Source of the DNA: an uncultured Acidimicrobiia bacterium | GTDB lineage: Bacteria > Actinomycetota > Acidimicrobiia > IMCC26256 > CAWATG01 | NCBI GenBank assembly: GCA_963785035.1 | Contig: CAWATG010000001.1 | Location: forward strand, 22,744-86,743 | Direction: 5' to 3' | DNA length: 64,000 bases | Shown here: in pieces, positions 20,635 through 29,209 of the stretch | Numbering within the stretch: position 1 is the first letter of the stretch | How the letters are laid out: every line of letters begins with the position of its first letter | Made by a program: the position numbers and the translations under genes | The notes under the pieces: model-generated | The model's database searches: none | The model's input: the letters and a program-made list of their open reading frames with translations, nothing else | What the model was told of the DNA's origin: nothing

Positions 20635-21822
20635 CTATCGCGTGCGAACAAACTGGGCGCCGGAGGGGTTCCGGATCGCAATTATCTGGTGGCCTTTGTC
20701 GCGAGGGACCTGAATAAGTGACGCGTCCGTGCTCAGCAGCACGTTTTCCTGGTCGCTGGCCCAGGTAAAGGATGTGACCGAGCGTGCTTCGATGGCGGAT
20801 GCTTCGCGGCGGACGGTCCGGCCGGAGCTGACGTCGAGGAATTGCACCGTGGCGTGCGATCCATCGTTCGTCAAGATCGCGAGTTCTTTGCCGTCTTTGG
20901 AGAAGGCTCCAAGGCCAAGGCCATTGCCGGCGTACGAGCTATCAAGACTGACGGAGCGCAGCTTCGTGCCGTCCGAGGCCGAGCGGAACTCGACCGATGA
21001 ACAGTCATCGGAGGTCGGTGCGCAATTCGCTGCTACGGCAATCACGTTTTCCCGTGCGTCGATGACAGTGTCTCCAGCACGCGGGATGGTCCAGCTGGGT
21101 TGGGATTGGTTGGGCTTCCAAAGCGACAAATCAGCTGAATCTCGGGCCAGACGGGCAACGGAGCCAATGCCTGTGCGAACCAGCAAGCCTCCGGTGACGC
21201 CCACGATCGGCATGCCGCTGCCCGGCGGCAGTGCCTGTGCGGGCTGCAACACGGATCCGTTGTCGGTCTGAATGAGTTCAACCTTCGATGGTTCCACCGT
21301 GAGTTGTCCACCGTCGATCCCGACGATCGACCCGAGGTAGACGGCCCAGAGCTGGTCAGGGTCTTCAGCGGGCACGAAGTACTGCGCAGACGAAAGTGCG
21401 GACGGCGCTGAAGTCAGGTCGTTGGAAACCGTTGTGAGTCCATCAGGAGTGGCAACGGCGGTGGCTGCAGACGTTTGCACCGCCGGGTACGGGTAGTCCG
21501 TGTAATGGTTCGTCGGAAGTTCGAGGGACCGCGAGTTTCCGGTCTCCGTGTTCTTGTAGACGAGGCTTGGGTGTGTCCGAGCGTTGAGCAGCAGGTAGCT
21601 GCTAACGGTGAGGTCGTTCGGGGAGCCTCCCGACGGTAGCCACTGCAGCGACAGGACCATGAGCAACACGACCAGCGCGGTTCCCAACGGGGCAACCGTC
21701 AGCCAGCGGCCTCGCGAACGGTTTGGCCGGGTCGACTCGCGCTTCGCAATGTCAGAAATCGAGATAGGTTGCGACGCTTCATCGATGTAGCGCCGGATCT
21801 GAATTCTTGTTGACTCATCCAT
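20635..21822 (-). CDS. anti-sigma-factor-like single-pass membrane protein with a large extracytoplasmic domain
   Basis: 395 aa: a short cytoplasmic N-terminus, a TM helix (WLTVAPLGTALVVLLMVLSLQWL), then a beta-rich domain. It overlaps the ECF sigma gene stop by 8 nt. Confidence 0.5.
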   Translation of the reverse strand: MDESTRIQIRRYIDEASQPISISDIAKRESTRPNRSRGRWLTVAPLGTALVVLLMVLSLQWLPSGGSPNDLTVSSYLLLNARTHPSLVYKNTETGNSRSLELPTNHYTDYPYPAVQTSAATAVATPDGLTTVSNDLTSAPSALSSAQYFVPAEDPDQLWAVYLGSIVGIDGGQLTVEPSKVELIQTDNGSVLQPAQALPPGSGMPIVGVTGGLLVRTGIGSVARLARDSADLSLWKPNQSQPSWTIPRAGDTVIDARENVIAVAANCAPTSDDCSSVEFRSASDGTKLRSVSLDSSYAGNGLGLGAFSKDGKELAILTNDGSHATVQFLDVSSGRTVRREASAIEARSVTSFTWASDQENVLLSTDASLIQVPRDKGHQIIAIRNPSGAQFVRTR

Positions 21823-22270
21823 CGTCTACCTCCAGGTGCTTTCGGAGATTCGCCATGCCACGTTCAAGGTGGTTCTGGACGGTGGTAGGAGCGATGCCGA
21901 GGAGCTCACTGACTTCAGAGAGCTTCCACTCGAACCCGTATACCAAGACGACGGCCACCCGTTGCCGCTTCGACAAGCGTCTCAGGGCGTTCGGTAGTTC
22001 CGGCTCGACGAGGGGGGTTCCATCATGACTAGGCGGAGGGAAGACCGCCCTGCGGATCCGCGGGCGTGAGCGACTCTGACCAACGCGGTAGAGATAGCCA
22101 ATCGGGTTTTCCATGGCTAGTACTTCCGTTCGATGCTGCCATGCATAGGAAAGCGCTTCGGAAGTCGCTTCGCTGCCCCGCTCGACTCCGTAAGCCGCAA
22201 CCAAGGCGCGCCGAAGGCGTGGCTCAGCCTCATGGAAGAACTCCTCGAATTCGTGGTCGATTATGGGCAA
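21815..22270 (-). CDS. ECF-type RNA polymerase sigma-70 family factor
   Basis: 151 aa with region 2 (FEEFFHEAEPRLRRALVAAYG...ALSYAW) and the region 4 HTH (LSKRQRVAVVLVYGFEWKLSEVSELLGIAPTTVQNHLERG). TTG start. Confidence 0.8.
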   Translation of the reverse strand: MPIIDHEFEEFFHEAEPRLRRALVAAYGVERGSEATSEALSYAWQHRTEVLAMENPIGYLYRVGQSRSRPRIRRAVFPPPSHDGTPLVEPELPNALRRLSKRQRVAVVLVYGFEWKLSEVSELLGIAPTTVQNHLERGMANLRKHLEVDDG

Positions 22271-22435
22271 CAGCTCGGACCGTCTCGTTGTGTACCGCCG
22301 GACCCTCTCATCTCCTTAGAGCACCCAGCCACCGATTTCAACCACACGCCTTGGGGAAATCCCTTTCGGGGTTGAGTTGGCGCACTTTGTGGGACACCTG
22401 GTCATGGGCGCGGCTCAGGGGGTGGGGGCACGAGA

Positions 22436-22600
22436 TGGTTCCTCCAAGGAAGTATCCCGAGGAGTTCCTGCGTGTGGTGGTCGAGTTGTATCTCCAGTCG
22501 GATCGGTATCGGGCCGAGGTCGCGACGTCGTTGGGGGATCAGCGGCGGGTTGCTCGCGGCGCGGGTAAGAGTCGCCGGGCGCGTGGAGGTACCCGGGCGG
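22436..22600 (+). mobile_element. possible IS3-family orfA (transposase N-terminal HTH) remnant
   Basis: The N-terminus MVPPRKYPEEFLRVVVELY resembles the M-P-(R/K)-K-Y-x-x-E-F-(R/K)-x-x-(A/V)-V opening of IS3 OrfA proteins. Downstream similarity decays. No DDE orfB or terminal inverted repeats are found. Confidence 0.25.
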
Positions 22601-23109
22601 CGATCTCGACGTCGTCCGAGCGCGCCGATATCCCAAGCCAAACGCGACAGCTCGTCGGTCGTGTACCAGAACCCCAACTGGTGAGCGCTCGCTATGGCAC
22701 GACCGCGCTCGTAGTTTTCGAGCAGCAGCGTGGCTGGAAGCGCGTTCTCCTCAATGCGCGACTCGAAGGCCTGGGCGAGCAAGTCTTGGGCAAGGGAGGG
22801 AGCGCTGGCCGGCGGTGCCTCGAGCCCGGTGAGCGCGCGCACAATCTGCGGGTCCGAGTACTGGGCGCGCATGTTGTCGGCGACCTGTTGACCTTTGAGC
22901 TCACGTCGTTGTTCGTAGAACGCCACGGTTGCGAAGCTGCGAGCAAAGTGCAGACCGAGCAGGCTCAAGGATTGATTCTCGCGTCCGCGAACTTGCGCGT
23001 ATCGGGGAAACCAAGAGAAGTTTCTCACCGGGCATCGTGGACTCGGTATCAGCGCCGAAATGTCCAGACGGCTCGTCGAATCGAGGAAACTGCCTCACAA
23101 GCCGATGTG

Positions 23110-23457
23110 CTAATCGCAGGCTACGCCGTCGTTGTCGCGGTCAAGTTTCGACGAATAGCCGGGTTCATCTGAGCGTAAAGGAGCCCTGCCGGCCGCGCGA
23201 ACGGCATCACAGTTCTCGTAGAACGTGGAGGTGCCTGAAGTCGCGAGAGGAGGGTCGGCCGTCGTGGGAGCCGTCGTAGTTGGCGGCGTGGTCGTCGGCG
23301 GAGGAGAAGGAGCGCTGGTGGTGGGCGCGGCTCCCGTCGTCGGGACAGACTCAGGCGGCGCGTCGCCCTTTTTGTCGTTTCCCGCGCAGGCAAGCGACCC
23401 GACGAAGATCAATGGCACGACCGACATTGTGATCGCCCTACGCAACCCCGACTGCAC
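23110..23457 (-). CDS. lipoprotein with Pro/Thr-rich linker and C-terminal Excalibur calcium-binding domain
   Basis: The C-terminus CDAVRAAGRAPLRSDEPGYSSKLDRDNDGVACD matches the Excalibur DxDxDGxxCE-type motif. A GTG at 23457 gives a lipoprotein signal peptide VQSGLRRAITMSVVPLIFVGSLAC. The ORF is open up to 23754. Confidence 0.6.
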   Translation of the reverse strand: MQSGLRRAITMSVVPLIFVGSLACAGNDKKGDAPPESVPTTGAAPTTSAPSPPPTTTPPTTTAPTTADPPLATSGTSTFYENCDAVRAAGRAPLRSDEPGYSSKLDRDNDGVACD

Positions 23458-23785
23458 GATGCCGCTAACCGCCGCTTCTCGGGGCCATATTGCTGGAGTC
23501 GCTTCCTCAGGGGCCGGTCTTGGCACATTCGGAGCGCCAGCTGGCCGAACAGTAGATGGTTCGGAGGCACTCGCGCCCAACTTTTGCCAAACGCTGAAAG
23601 AGCTGTCGGAAACGGACGACGATTCGTGTCTCGGAGTGTGTGCGATGTTTGTCATGACGTCAGCGTCGGGTGTTCTTTCGCGTATGGCGAGCCGGACCTG
23701 TGGTCGTTTCCAACGAGTCCCTGGCACCGTGGACCGATGCGCGCTGATTGTCATGAAGATCGCCGCGATGGAACTGGCAGCGAAC

Positions 23786-23819
23786 GCGAGTCAGCGCCCG
23801 CGATGGGGCGCTGACTCGC
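23786..23819 (-). terminator. stem-loop downstream of tRNA-Pro
   Basis: A 14-bp perfect stem (23786-23799 paired with 23806-23819) with a 6-nt loop lies 10 nt past the tRNA 3' end. There is no U-tract. Confidence 0.45.
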
Positions 23820-23829
23820 AGTTCCTCGG

Positions 23830-23904
23830 TCGGGATGCCGGGATTCGAACCCGGGACCTCAGCGTCCCGAACGCTGCGCGCTAACCAAGCTGCGCTACAT
23901 CCCG
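23830..23904 (-). tRNA. tRNA-Pro (anticodon CGG)
   Basis: A manual cloverleaf fits: acceptor CGGGATG/CATCCCG, D arm GCGC-AGCTTGGTTA-GCGC, anticodon arm CAGCG-TTCGGGA-CGCTG, variable loop AGGTC, T arm CCGGG-TTCGAAT-CCCGG, discriminator A. CCA is not encoded. Confidence 0.9.
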
Positions 23905-24317
23905 AGGGGTGAGAGTGTATCCGCGCCCTGCTCTGGGCCTTCAGCCTTCGCCGGTTCCAAGAGGTGTTTCGCTGTTCGCCGCAAGGTGCCTGGATCGATG
24001 GGCTTCACCAGGAATCCGTCGGCAGCGGTTCGCCGCGCGAGGAACTGGTCGGCGTCACGATCAAGGAGCAGCAGGATCGGAACGTGAGGAAGCCGCCCTG
24101 CGGACTCCTCGAGGCGCAGATCGGTAGCAACGGCAAAGCCACCCATGTTGCCGATCTGCAGGTCGAGCACGACCAGATCGGGTTGTTCGCTGCCGACGAT
24201 GGCACGGACATCCTGGCCTCGTGAGACCGGAATCACGGTCTGGCCCGGCCCCGTGCATGCCATGGAGACTTGGTCGCGAACCCATTGGGCATCTGCCGCG
24301 ACGAGGATCTTGGTCAT
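23895..24317 (-). CDS. stand-alone response regulator receiver domain (CheY-like)
   Basis: 140 aa. It has the phospho-acceptor context PDLVVLDLQIGNMGG, then ILLLLDR and the conserved Lys in FLVKPIDP. No output domain is present. Confidence 0.8.
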   Translation of the reverse strand: MTKILVAADAQWVRDQVSMACTGPGQTVIPVSRGQDVRAIVGSEQPDLVVLDLQIGNMGGFAVATDLRLEESAGRLPHVPILLLLDRDADQFLARRTAADGFLVKPIDPGTLRRTAKHLLEPAKAEGPEQGADTLSPLGM

Positions 24318-24328
24318 AGGGAGCGAGG

Positions 24329-25477
24329 CTACTCGCCGACTTGATCCGCGTGGAAAAGGAGTCCGGCCATAGCGCTGAGACCGCCGAGGTCATGGATGTC
24401 ATCTCTCAGGAGTGGCACCGAGGCAATGGTCGTAGTCCCTGTCCGTTGTTCCAGAAGGGCTAGATGCGAGCGTTCGGACCGTGCGACCGCCGCCAGATCT
24501 GAAAGGTTTTCGTAGAGCGTTCCGAGGCGTGCTGCTGCTGCGGCCCGTTCGTCGTCGTGCTTGGCCGAGAGTTCGCGCAACGCCGCGATGTGGTCGGTAA
24601 TCGCGGCCGCCGTCACGTCTGCGAAGCTTGGGTGCAGGCGATTGACGATCACTGCATCGACGCTGAGGTCGCGCTCGCCGAGGCGCTGAGCGAAGTGTTC
24701 GGCCTCGTCGAGCGCGTCGCGGCGCGCGGACGTGACAAGGACGAAACCTGTCGACGGTGCTCCAAGCAGTGCCTCGACGCTTGCAGCTCGCGAGCGGAAT
24801 CCTGCTTCCATGCCGTCGAACGCGCGAATGAACGCAATGAGATCATCGATTGTCGCGGTTCCCGCGACGCGCGCAAGCGTTCGAACGATGGTCTGCAAAG
24901 CCACATTCGCAAGTCGGAAACCAGCGCGCGTCGGCAGCGTCAGGATTCGAAAGACGCGGTTGTCGAGCAGTCGCACCATGCGGCTCGGAGCGTCCAGGAA
25001 ATCAAGCGCGTGTCGCGTTGGCGGCGTGTCGATCACGATCAGCTCGTACGCGCCGCCATCGTGCAGCTCGTGGAGTTTCTCCATCGCCATGTATTCCTGC
25101 GTGCCTCCGAGCGCCGCGGATACGTTCCGATAGAAGCGGTTGTCAAGTATTCGCGTCGCTTGGTCGTCGTCTCCTGCATGACGGCGAACGACTTCGTCGA
25201 AGGTGGCTTTGGTGTCCAACATGAGCGCGCTGAGTTGACCTGATGACGGTGCGCTTCGCTCAGGATCCCAAAGCGCCGGATCGATGACGTGCGCCGAATT
25301 GGAGAGCGCGTCGATGCCGAGCGCATTCGCGAGACGCTTCGCAGGATCGATCGTGACGACGATTGCGCGCCGACCCCGGCGTGCGCCTTCGAGCGCGATC
25401 GCTGCGGCGGTCGTCGTCTTACCGACACCGCCCGTTCCGCAGCACACGAGGACTTCATGCTGCGTGATGAGATCCAC
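24329..25477 (-). CDS. ArsA/GET3-family ATPase (Rv3680-like)
   Basis: Deviant Walker A CCGTGGVGKTTTAAA, then TIDPAKRLANALG and VIDTPPTRHALDFLDAP. Confidence 0.85.
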   Translation of the reverse strand: MDLITQHEVLVCCGTGGVGKTTTAAAIALEGARRGRRAIVVTIDPAKRLANALGIDALSNSAHVIDPALWDPERSAPSSGQLSALMLDTKATFDEVVRRHAGDDDQATRILDNRFYRNVSAALGGTQEYMAMEKLHELHDGGAYELIVIDTPPTRHALDFLDAPSRMVRLLDNRVFRILTLPTRAGFRLANVALQTIVRTLARVAGTATIDDLIAFIRAFDGMEAGFRSRAASVEALLGAPSTGFVLVTSARRDALDEAEHFAQRLGERDLSVDAVIVNRLHPSFADVTAAAITDHIAALRELSAKHDDERAAAAARLGTLYENLSDLAAVARSERSHLALLEQRTGTTTIASVPLLRDDIHDLGGLSAMAGLLFHADQVGE

Positions 25478-25486
25478 CAGGTCTTG

Positions 25487-26456
25487 TCACGGACCGACCC
25501 GGAAGACGGGTAGTTGTCGAACCCCGACAGCGAATGCATCTGCGAGCACGTCCAACTCGGGCGGTCCGATGTCGGCGCGGAACAGGTTTGGCAAACGAAT
25601 CTGCGGCAACGGCAACGATTCGAGGAGTCGAGCGGTTTGCTCGTGCTGGAGCCGTTGGCGTGCAGTCCGGAACGCCGCGGCATCGGCCAACTGCGCCACC
25701 GAACTCGATTCGATGGGAAGGCCCAATAGCTGGGCATCGGTCCGGATTGCGTCGGTCGACGTGCTGAGGTCGAGTTCTGGATAGCAGCAGTTGACGACGA
25801 CGGGACCGAGGGACACGCCAACCTGGTCCTCGATTGTGTAGGCAGTCTCGATCAGTTCGTTGACAGGGGTTTCCTCCGGGATGGTCACCATGAGGACCTG
25901 CGTCCGCTTCGGATCGCTCAGCATTTCGATGACGTCGAGCGCCTGCTTGCGAATCGGGCCCACGCGAACCGCGTCGACGAGCCCTTTGGGCGACATGAGG
26001 AATGAGACGGTGTGGCCCGCAGCGGGCGCGTCGACGATGATGAGGTCTGCTGCGCGGTCGAGGTCGAGTTGTTTGATCTTGCCGAGGACGAGAATCTCCT
26101 TCATACCTGGAACTGCTGTGGCAACGACGTCGAGCACACCGGACTTGGCCAGTCGCTTCGAGACTCGCTGCAGCCCTGCCCCTTCCAGGTACTCGACGAG
26201 CGCGGCATCGGGCGTCAAGTGTTCGGGCGCGAATTCCCGGATGTAGCTCGCCTTCGTGATAGGTGAGTGGAGGTCGACCGAAGCTGGAGGCGAGCCCCGA
26301 TTTGCCCTCGACCTCTACGATCAGCACGCTCAAACCCGCACGGGTCGCTGTCAGGGCCAAGGTCGCGGTGACCGTCGTTTTTCCGACGCCGCCTTTACCT
26401 GCCACGATGACGACCCGAGAAGTGGAGCAGAAGTCGAAGAGCTCCATCGGACTCAT
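25487..26456 (-). CDS. ArsA/GET3-family ATPase (Rv3679-like), frame-disrupted as assembled
   Basis: The N-terminus MSPMELFDF...VVIVAGKGGVGKTTVTATLAL is in one frame (26456 to about 26222). The remainder, TPDAALVEYL...IIVDAPAAGHTVSFL, is ORF 25487-26218 in another frame. Confidence 0.75.
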
Positions 26457-26471
26457 GTTACGGGAGCTCCT

Positions 26472-27845
26472 ATGTTTCGGCCCGGTTATCGCAAATCGAT
26501 CCTTATTGCGCTGGTGTTGCTTGGTGCTGCCATGTTGCTCAGCCCGCTCGGCGTCGCGGAGGCGGCGACCGACACCGGTGCATCGAGGCGGCCCGGGATC
26601 GATGTCGTGCAACTTGGGGGGCTTCTCGATCCGCCGAACGCGGAGCTGCTGCGTGACAGCATCCGTGCGGTGAATGCCCGCGGTTCGACACTGTTGGTGC
26701 TCCAGATCAACTCGATTGGTGGCCTCGATGTCGAGATTGCGTCCCTTGTGCGCTCGATCAAGTCTTCGCGTGTTCCGATCGCGGTGTGGGTCGGACCGTC
26801 GGGTGGGAAGGCCAAGGGCGCTGGAGCTGCGCTGATGCAAGCAGCAGGGGTGGCGTCGGTATCGAATGGATCGAGTGTCGGGCCGATTGAACCTGTCCTT
26901 CTCGACAAGGTCGGCCGCAGCGTCGAGACCGATACCCTCAATCAGTCTGGCGCCGACTATCCAAGCGAGCGACGTGTCGAGCGCGGGGCAACGGCAATCG
27001 CGACGACGTCGCTCCAAGCGAAGGAAGCGCTACGCGCTGGTGCGGTTGATCGGGTCGATGCGATTATCGGAGAGCTGATTGTCGGCCTCAACGGCAAGTC
27101 GATCGCGACCGCACGTGGTGCAGTAAAAGTGTCGACCGCGGTGGTTGACGGTACGGGAAACGATCGCCGGCTGAAGCCGAACCAAGTTGTGCGATTCCGT
27201 CGCTTGGGACTCGATGGCCAGGTCCTGCACACGATGAACAGCCCATCGCTGGCGTATCTCCTGTTCGTGATCGGCCTGTGTCTCATCGTCTTCGAGTTCT
27301 TTACCGCTTCGATCGGCATTGCCGGCCTCGTCGGAGCGTTGTCGGTCGTCGGCGCTGCGGTCGGGTTCTCGCACCTCCCACTCAATTTGTGGGCTGCGGC
27401 GTTGATCATCGTGGGGATCACCGGGTATGCCATCGACGTCCAGGCGGGTGGCATGGGTCCCTGGACGTTTCTGGGCGGCGCGGCCTTGTTGGCGGGTTCG
27501 ATCACGCTCTACGGGGGTTCGGCGCGTCTCGATCCGCGATGGTGGATCATCGCTGTTGTCTGGAGTGGTGCTTCGGTCTTCATGCTCGGAGGCGTGAACG
27601 GCATCATCAGGGCGCGGTTTTCGACACCGACGGTCGGTCGCGAGGGCATGATCGGCCAGATGGGTCGTGCCGAAGTCGACGTCGATCCGAGCGGCGTCGT
27701 ACGCATCCGCGATTCGCTGTGGCGTGCGCGGACCAATCGTTGGACGCCGATCGCTGCTGGTGACGTCGTGCGAGTTGTCGCCGTTGACGGCCTTGAACTC
27801 GAAGTAGAACCAGAAGTCGGAGGCGCCAAGGATTACCGGCGGTAG
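26472..27845 (+). CDS. NfeD-family membrane-bound ClpP-class serine protease
   Basis: It has a signal/TM N-terminus and a ClpP-like domain (LLVLQINSIGGLDV, VWVGPSGGKAKGAGAALMQAA). Four to five TM helices follow, then the C-terminal NfeD OB domain (GRAEVDVDPSGVVRIRDSLWRAR...VVRVVAVDGLELEVEP). Confidence 0.8.
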   Translation: MFRPGYRKSILIALVLLGAAMLLSPLGVAEAATDTGASRRPGIDVVQLGGLLDPPNAELLRDSIRAVNARGSTLLVLQINSIGGLDVEIASLVRSIKSSRVPIAVWVGPSGGKAKGAGAALMQAAGVASVSNGSSVGPIEPVLLDKVGRSVETDTLNQSGADYPSERRVERGATAIATTSLQAKEALRAGAVDRVDAIIGELIVGLNGKSIATARGAVKVSTAVVDGTGNDRRLKPNQVVRFRRLGLDGQVLHTMNSPSLAYLLFVIGLCLIVFEFFTASIGIAGLVGALSVVGAAVGFSHLPLNLWAAALIIVGITGYAIDVQAGGMGPWTFLGGAALLAGSITLYGGSARLDPRWWIIAVVWSGASVFMLGGVNGIIRARFSTPTVGREGMIGQMGRAEVDVDPSGVVRIRDSLWRARTNRWTPIAAGDVVRVVAVDGLELEVEPEVGGAKDYRR

Positions 27846-27941
27846 CTCCGCAGTCGCAGCAGCGGTGTCGGGCAGTTCGCCCCTTGTCCTGCCGTAGGTG
27901 GCGGTATAGCCTCGCCGCCAAGCCCGACCGGAGGAGCCGCT

Positions 27942-28247
27942 GTGGGCGTCCAAACGATGCAGACAAACGCTCTTGGCACGACCGCGAGCGTTACGACACG
28001 GCGGTCGGAGTGGCAGCTTCGCGCCAGCTGTAACGGCCCAGAGTCCAAGTTCTTCTTTCCGCCCCACTACGTCGAGCGGCGCGATGAGCGTGACCGTCGC
28101 GAGCGTCGAGCCAAGGAAATCTGCAGTACCTGTGTCGTTCGTCAGGAGTGCCTCGATTACGCGCTCGGGATACGGGAGCAGTACGGGATCTGGGGTGGCC
28201 TCAGCGAGATGGAGCGCCGTTCCGTCCTCGCGCAAGAGGTTGGTTGA
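27942..28247 (+). CDS. WhiB-family Fe-S transcription factor
   Basis: Four Cys (ASCNG ... ICSTCVVRQEC) and the GIWGG turn followed by a basic tail. An alternative ATG is at 27957. Confidence 0.85.
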   Translation: MGVQTMQTNALGTTASVTTRRSEWQLRASCNGPESKFFFPPHYVERRDERDRRERRAKEICSTCVVRQECLDYALGIREQYGIWGGLSEMERRSVLAQEVG

Positions 28248-28384
28248 CCTGCCTCTACAATTGCGGGGGTGTTCGCTCCCCGGGTCGCCATCTCATCTTT
28301 CGCTGTCCCTGCTGGCCGGATTCGGCGGTTTTTGCGCAATAGCCTTATAGGGGTGCCGGAGTGGTCCGGGAAGGTGAGGACCTG

Positions 28385-29209
28385 ATGGCCGATCTGACTC
28401 CAGGCGTCCCGAGCGCATTGTCGCCCTTGGTTCGTCGGATTGTTGCGCCCAATCCGGGCCACATGACCGGTCCGGGAACGAACACCTACCTCGTCGGAAT
28501 CGATGAGGTAGCAGTCATCGATCCTGGCCCCGACTCGGTTGAACATGTGCAGGCGATCATCGGTGCCTCGATGGTCGAGCGTGTTCGATGGGTTCTTCTG
28601 ACCCACACGCATCCTGATCACGCGCCCGCAGCAGCGCGACTCAAGAAGATGACGGGTGCTGAGATCCTCGCGTTCTCCAAGCGTGAACCGGGTGTGCCCG
28701 TTGACAGAGCAATTGGCGATGGGGCGGTCATCGAGGGCACGGAGTTCGGTTTGCTCGCGTTACACACTCCCGGACATGTGCCAAACCACCTGTGTTTTCA
28801 GCTCGAAGAAGAGCGCGTCATGTTCACTGGCGACACGGTGCTCAACGGCATGACTTCGGTGATCGCGCCGGCATCGGGTGGTGACATGGCGGTGTACCTC
28901 CAGTCACTCGAACGAATCAAGAAGATCCGACTGTCCCGGATCTGTCCGGGCCATGGCGATGTCATCGACGATCCGAAAGCCGCAATCGAGGAATACATCC
29001 GCCATCGTGCGATGCGCGAGCGCCAGGTCCTGAAGCTCTTGAAAAGCGGACCGTCGAAGATTTCCGACGTCGTCGCCGCGCTCTACGTTGATATTCCTGA
29101 CGATCTACGCGAGATGGCGGCGAAGCAGATACACGCGCATCTTCTGAAGCTGCGAGCAAACGGCAAGGTCTCCGGTCGCGACGTCAACTCGTTGTGGAAG
29201 CTGAGCTGA
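28385..29209 (+). CDS. MBL-fold metallo-hydrolase
   Basis: The THTHPDH zinc motif, then HTPGH and PGHG. The ORF is open from 28361. The ATG at 28385 is preceded by GAAGGTGAGGA. Confidence 0.8.
   Translation: MADLTPGVPSALSPLVRRIVAPNPGHMTGPGTNTYLVGIDEVAVIDPGPDSVEHVQAIIGASMVERVRWVLLTHTHPDHAPAAARLKKMTGAEILAFSKREPGVPVDRAIGDGAVIEGTEFGLLALHTPGHVPNHLCFQLEEERVMFTGDTVLNGMTSVIAPASGGDMAVYLQSLERIKKIRLSRICPGHGDVIDDPKAAIEEYIRHRAMRERQVLKLLKSGPSKISDVVAALYVDIPDDLREMAAKQIHAHLLKLRANGKVSGRDVNSLWKLS

Larger units (their letters stand above)
20489..23855 (-). mobile_element. putative degenerate tRNA-Pro-associated genomic islet (no integrase seen)
   Basis: It is bounded by a 45-nt direct repeat (20489-20533 versus 23811-23855, 3 mismatches, 29-nt perfect core). 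The repeat comprises the last 26 nt of tRNA-Pro plus 19 nt of 3' flank. Confidence 0.4.

Noticed and set aside
22066-23172. 368-aa plus-strand ORF spanning the islet centre
   Set aside because: It is a composite. Its first part is antisense to the ECF sigma gene, and most of the rest is Arg/Gly-rich. Only the short MVPPRKYPEEF segment is retained, as a possible IS3 orfA remnant.
25455-27017. 520-aa minus-strand ORF
   Set aside because: Only the segment from 26456 to about 26222 is meaningful (the ArsA-like N-terminus). The upstream part is antisense to nfeD, and the downstream part is an out-of-frame reading of the ArsA-like gene.
27030-28235. 401-aa minus-strand ORF
   Set aside because: It is antisense to nfeD and whiB, has no motifs and is Arg-rich.
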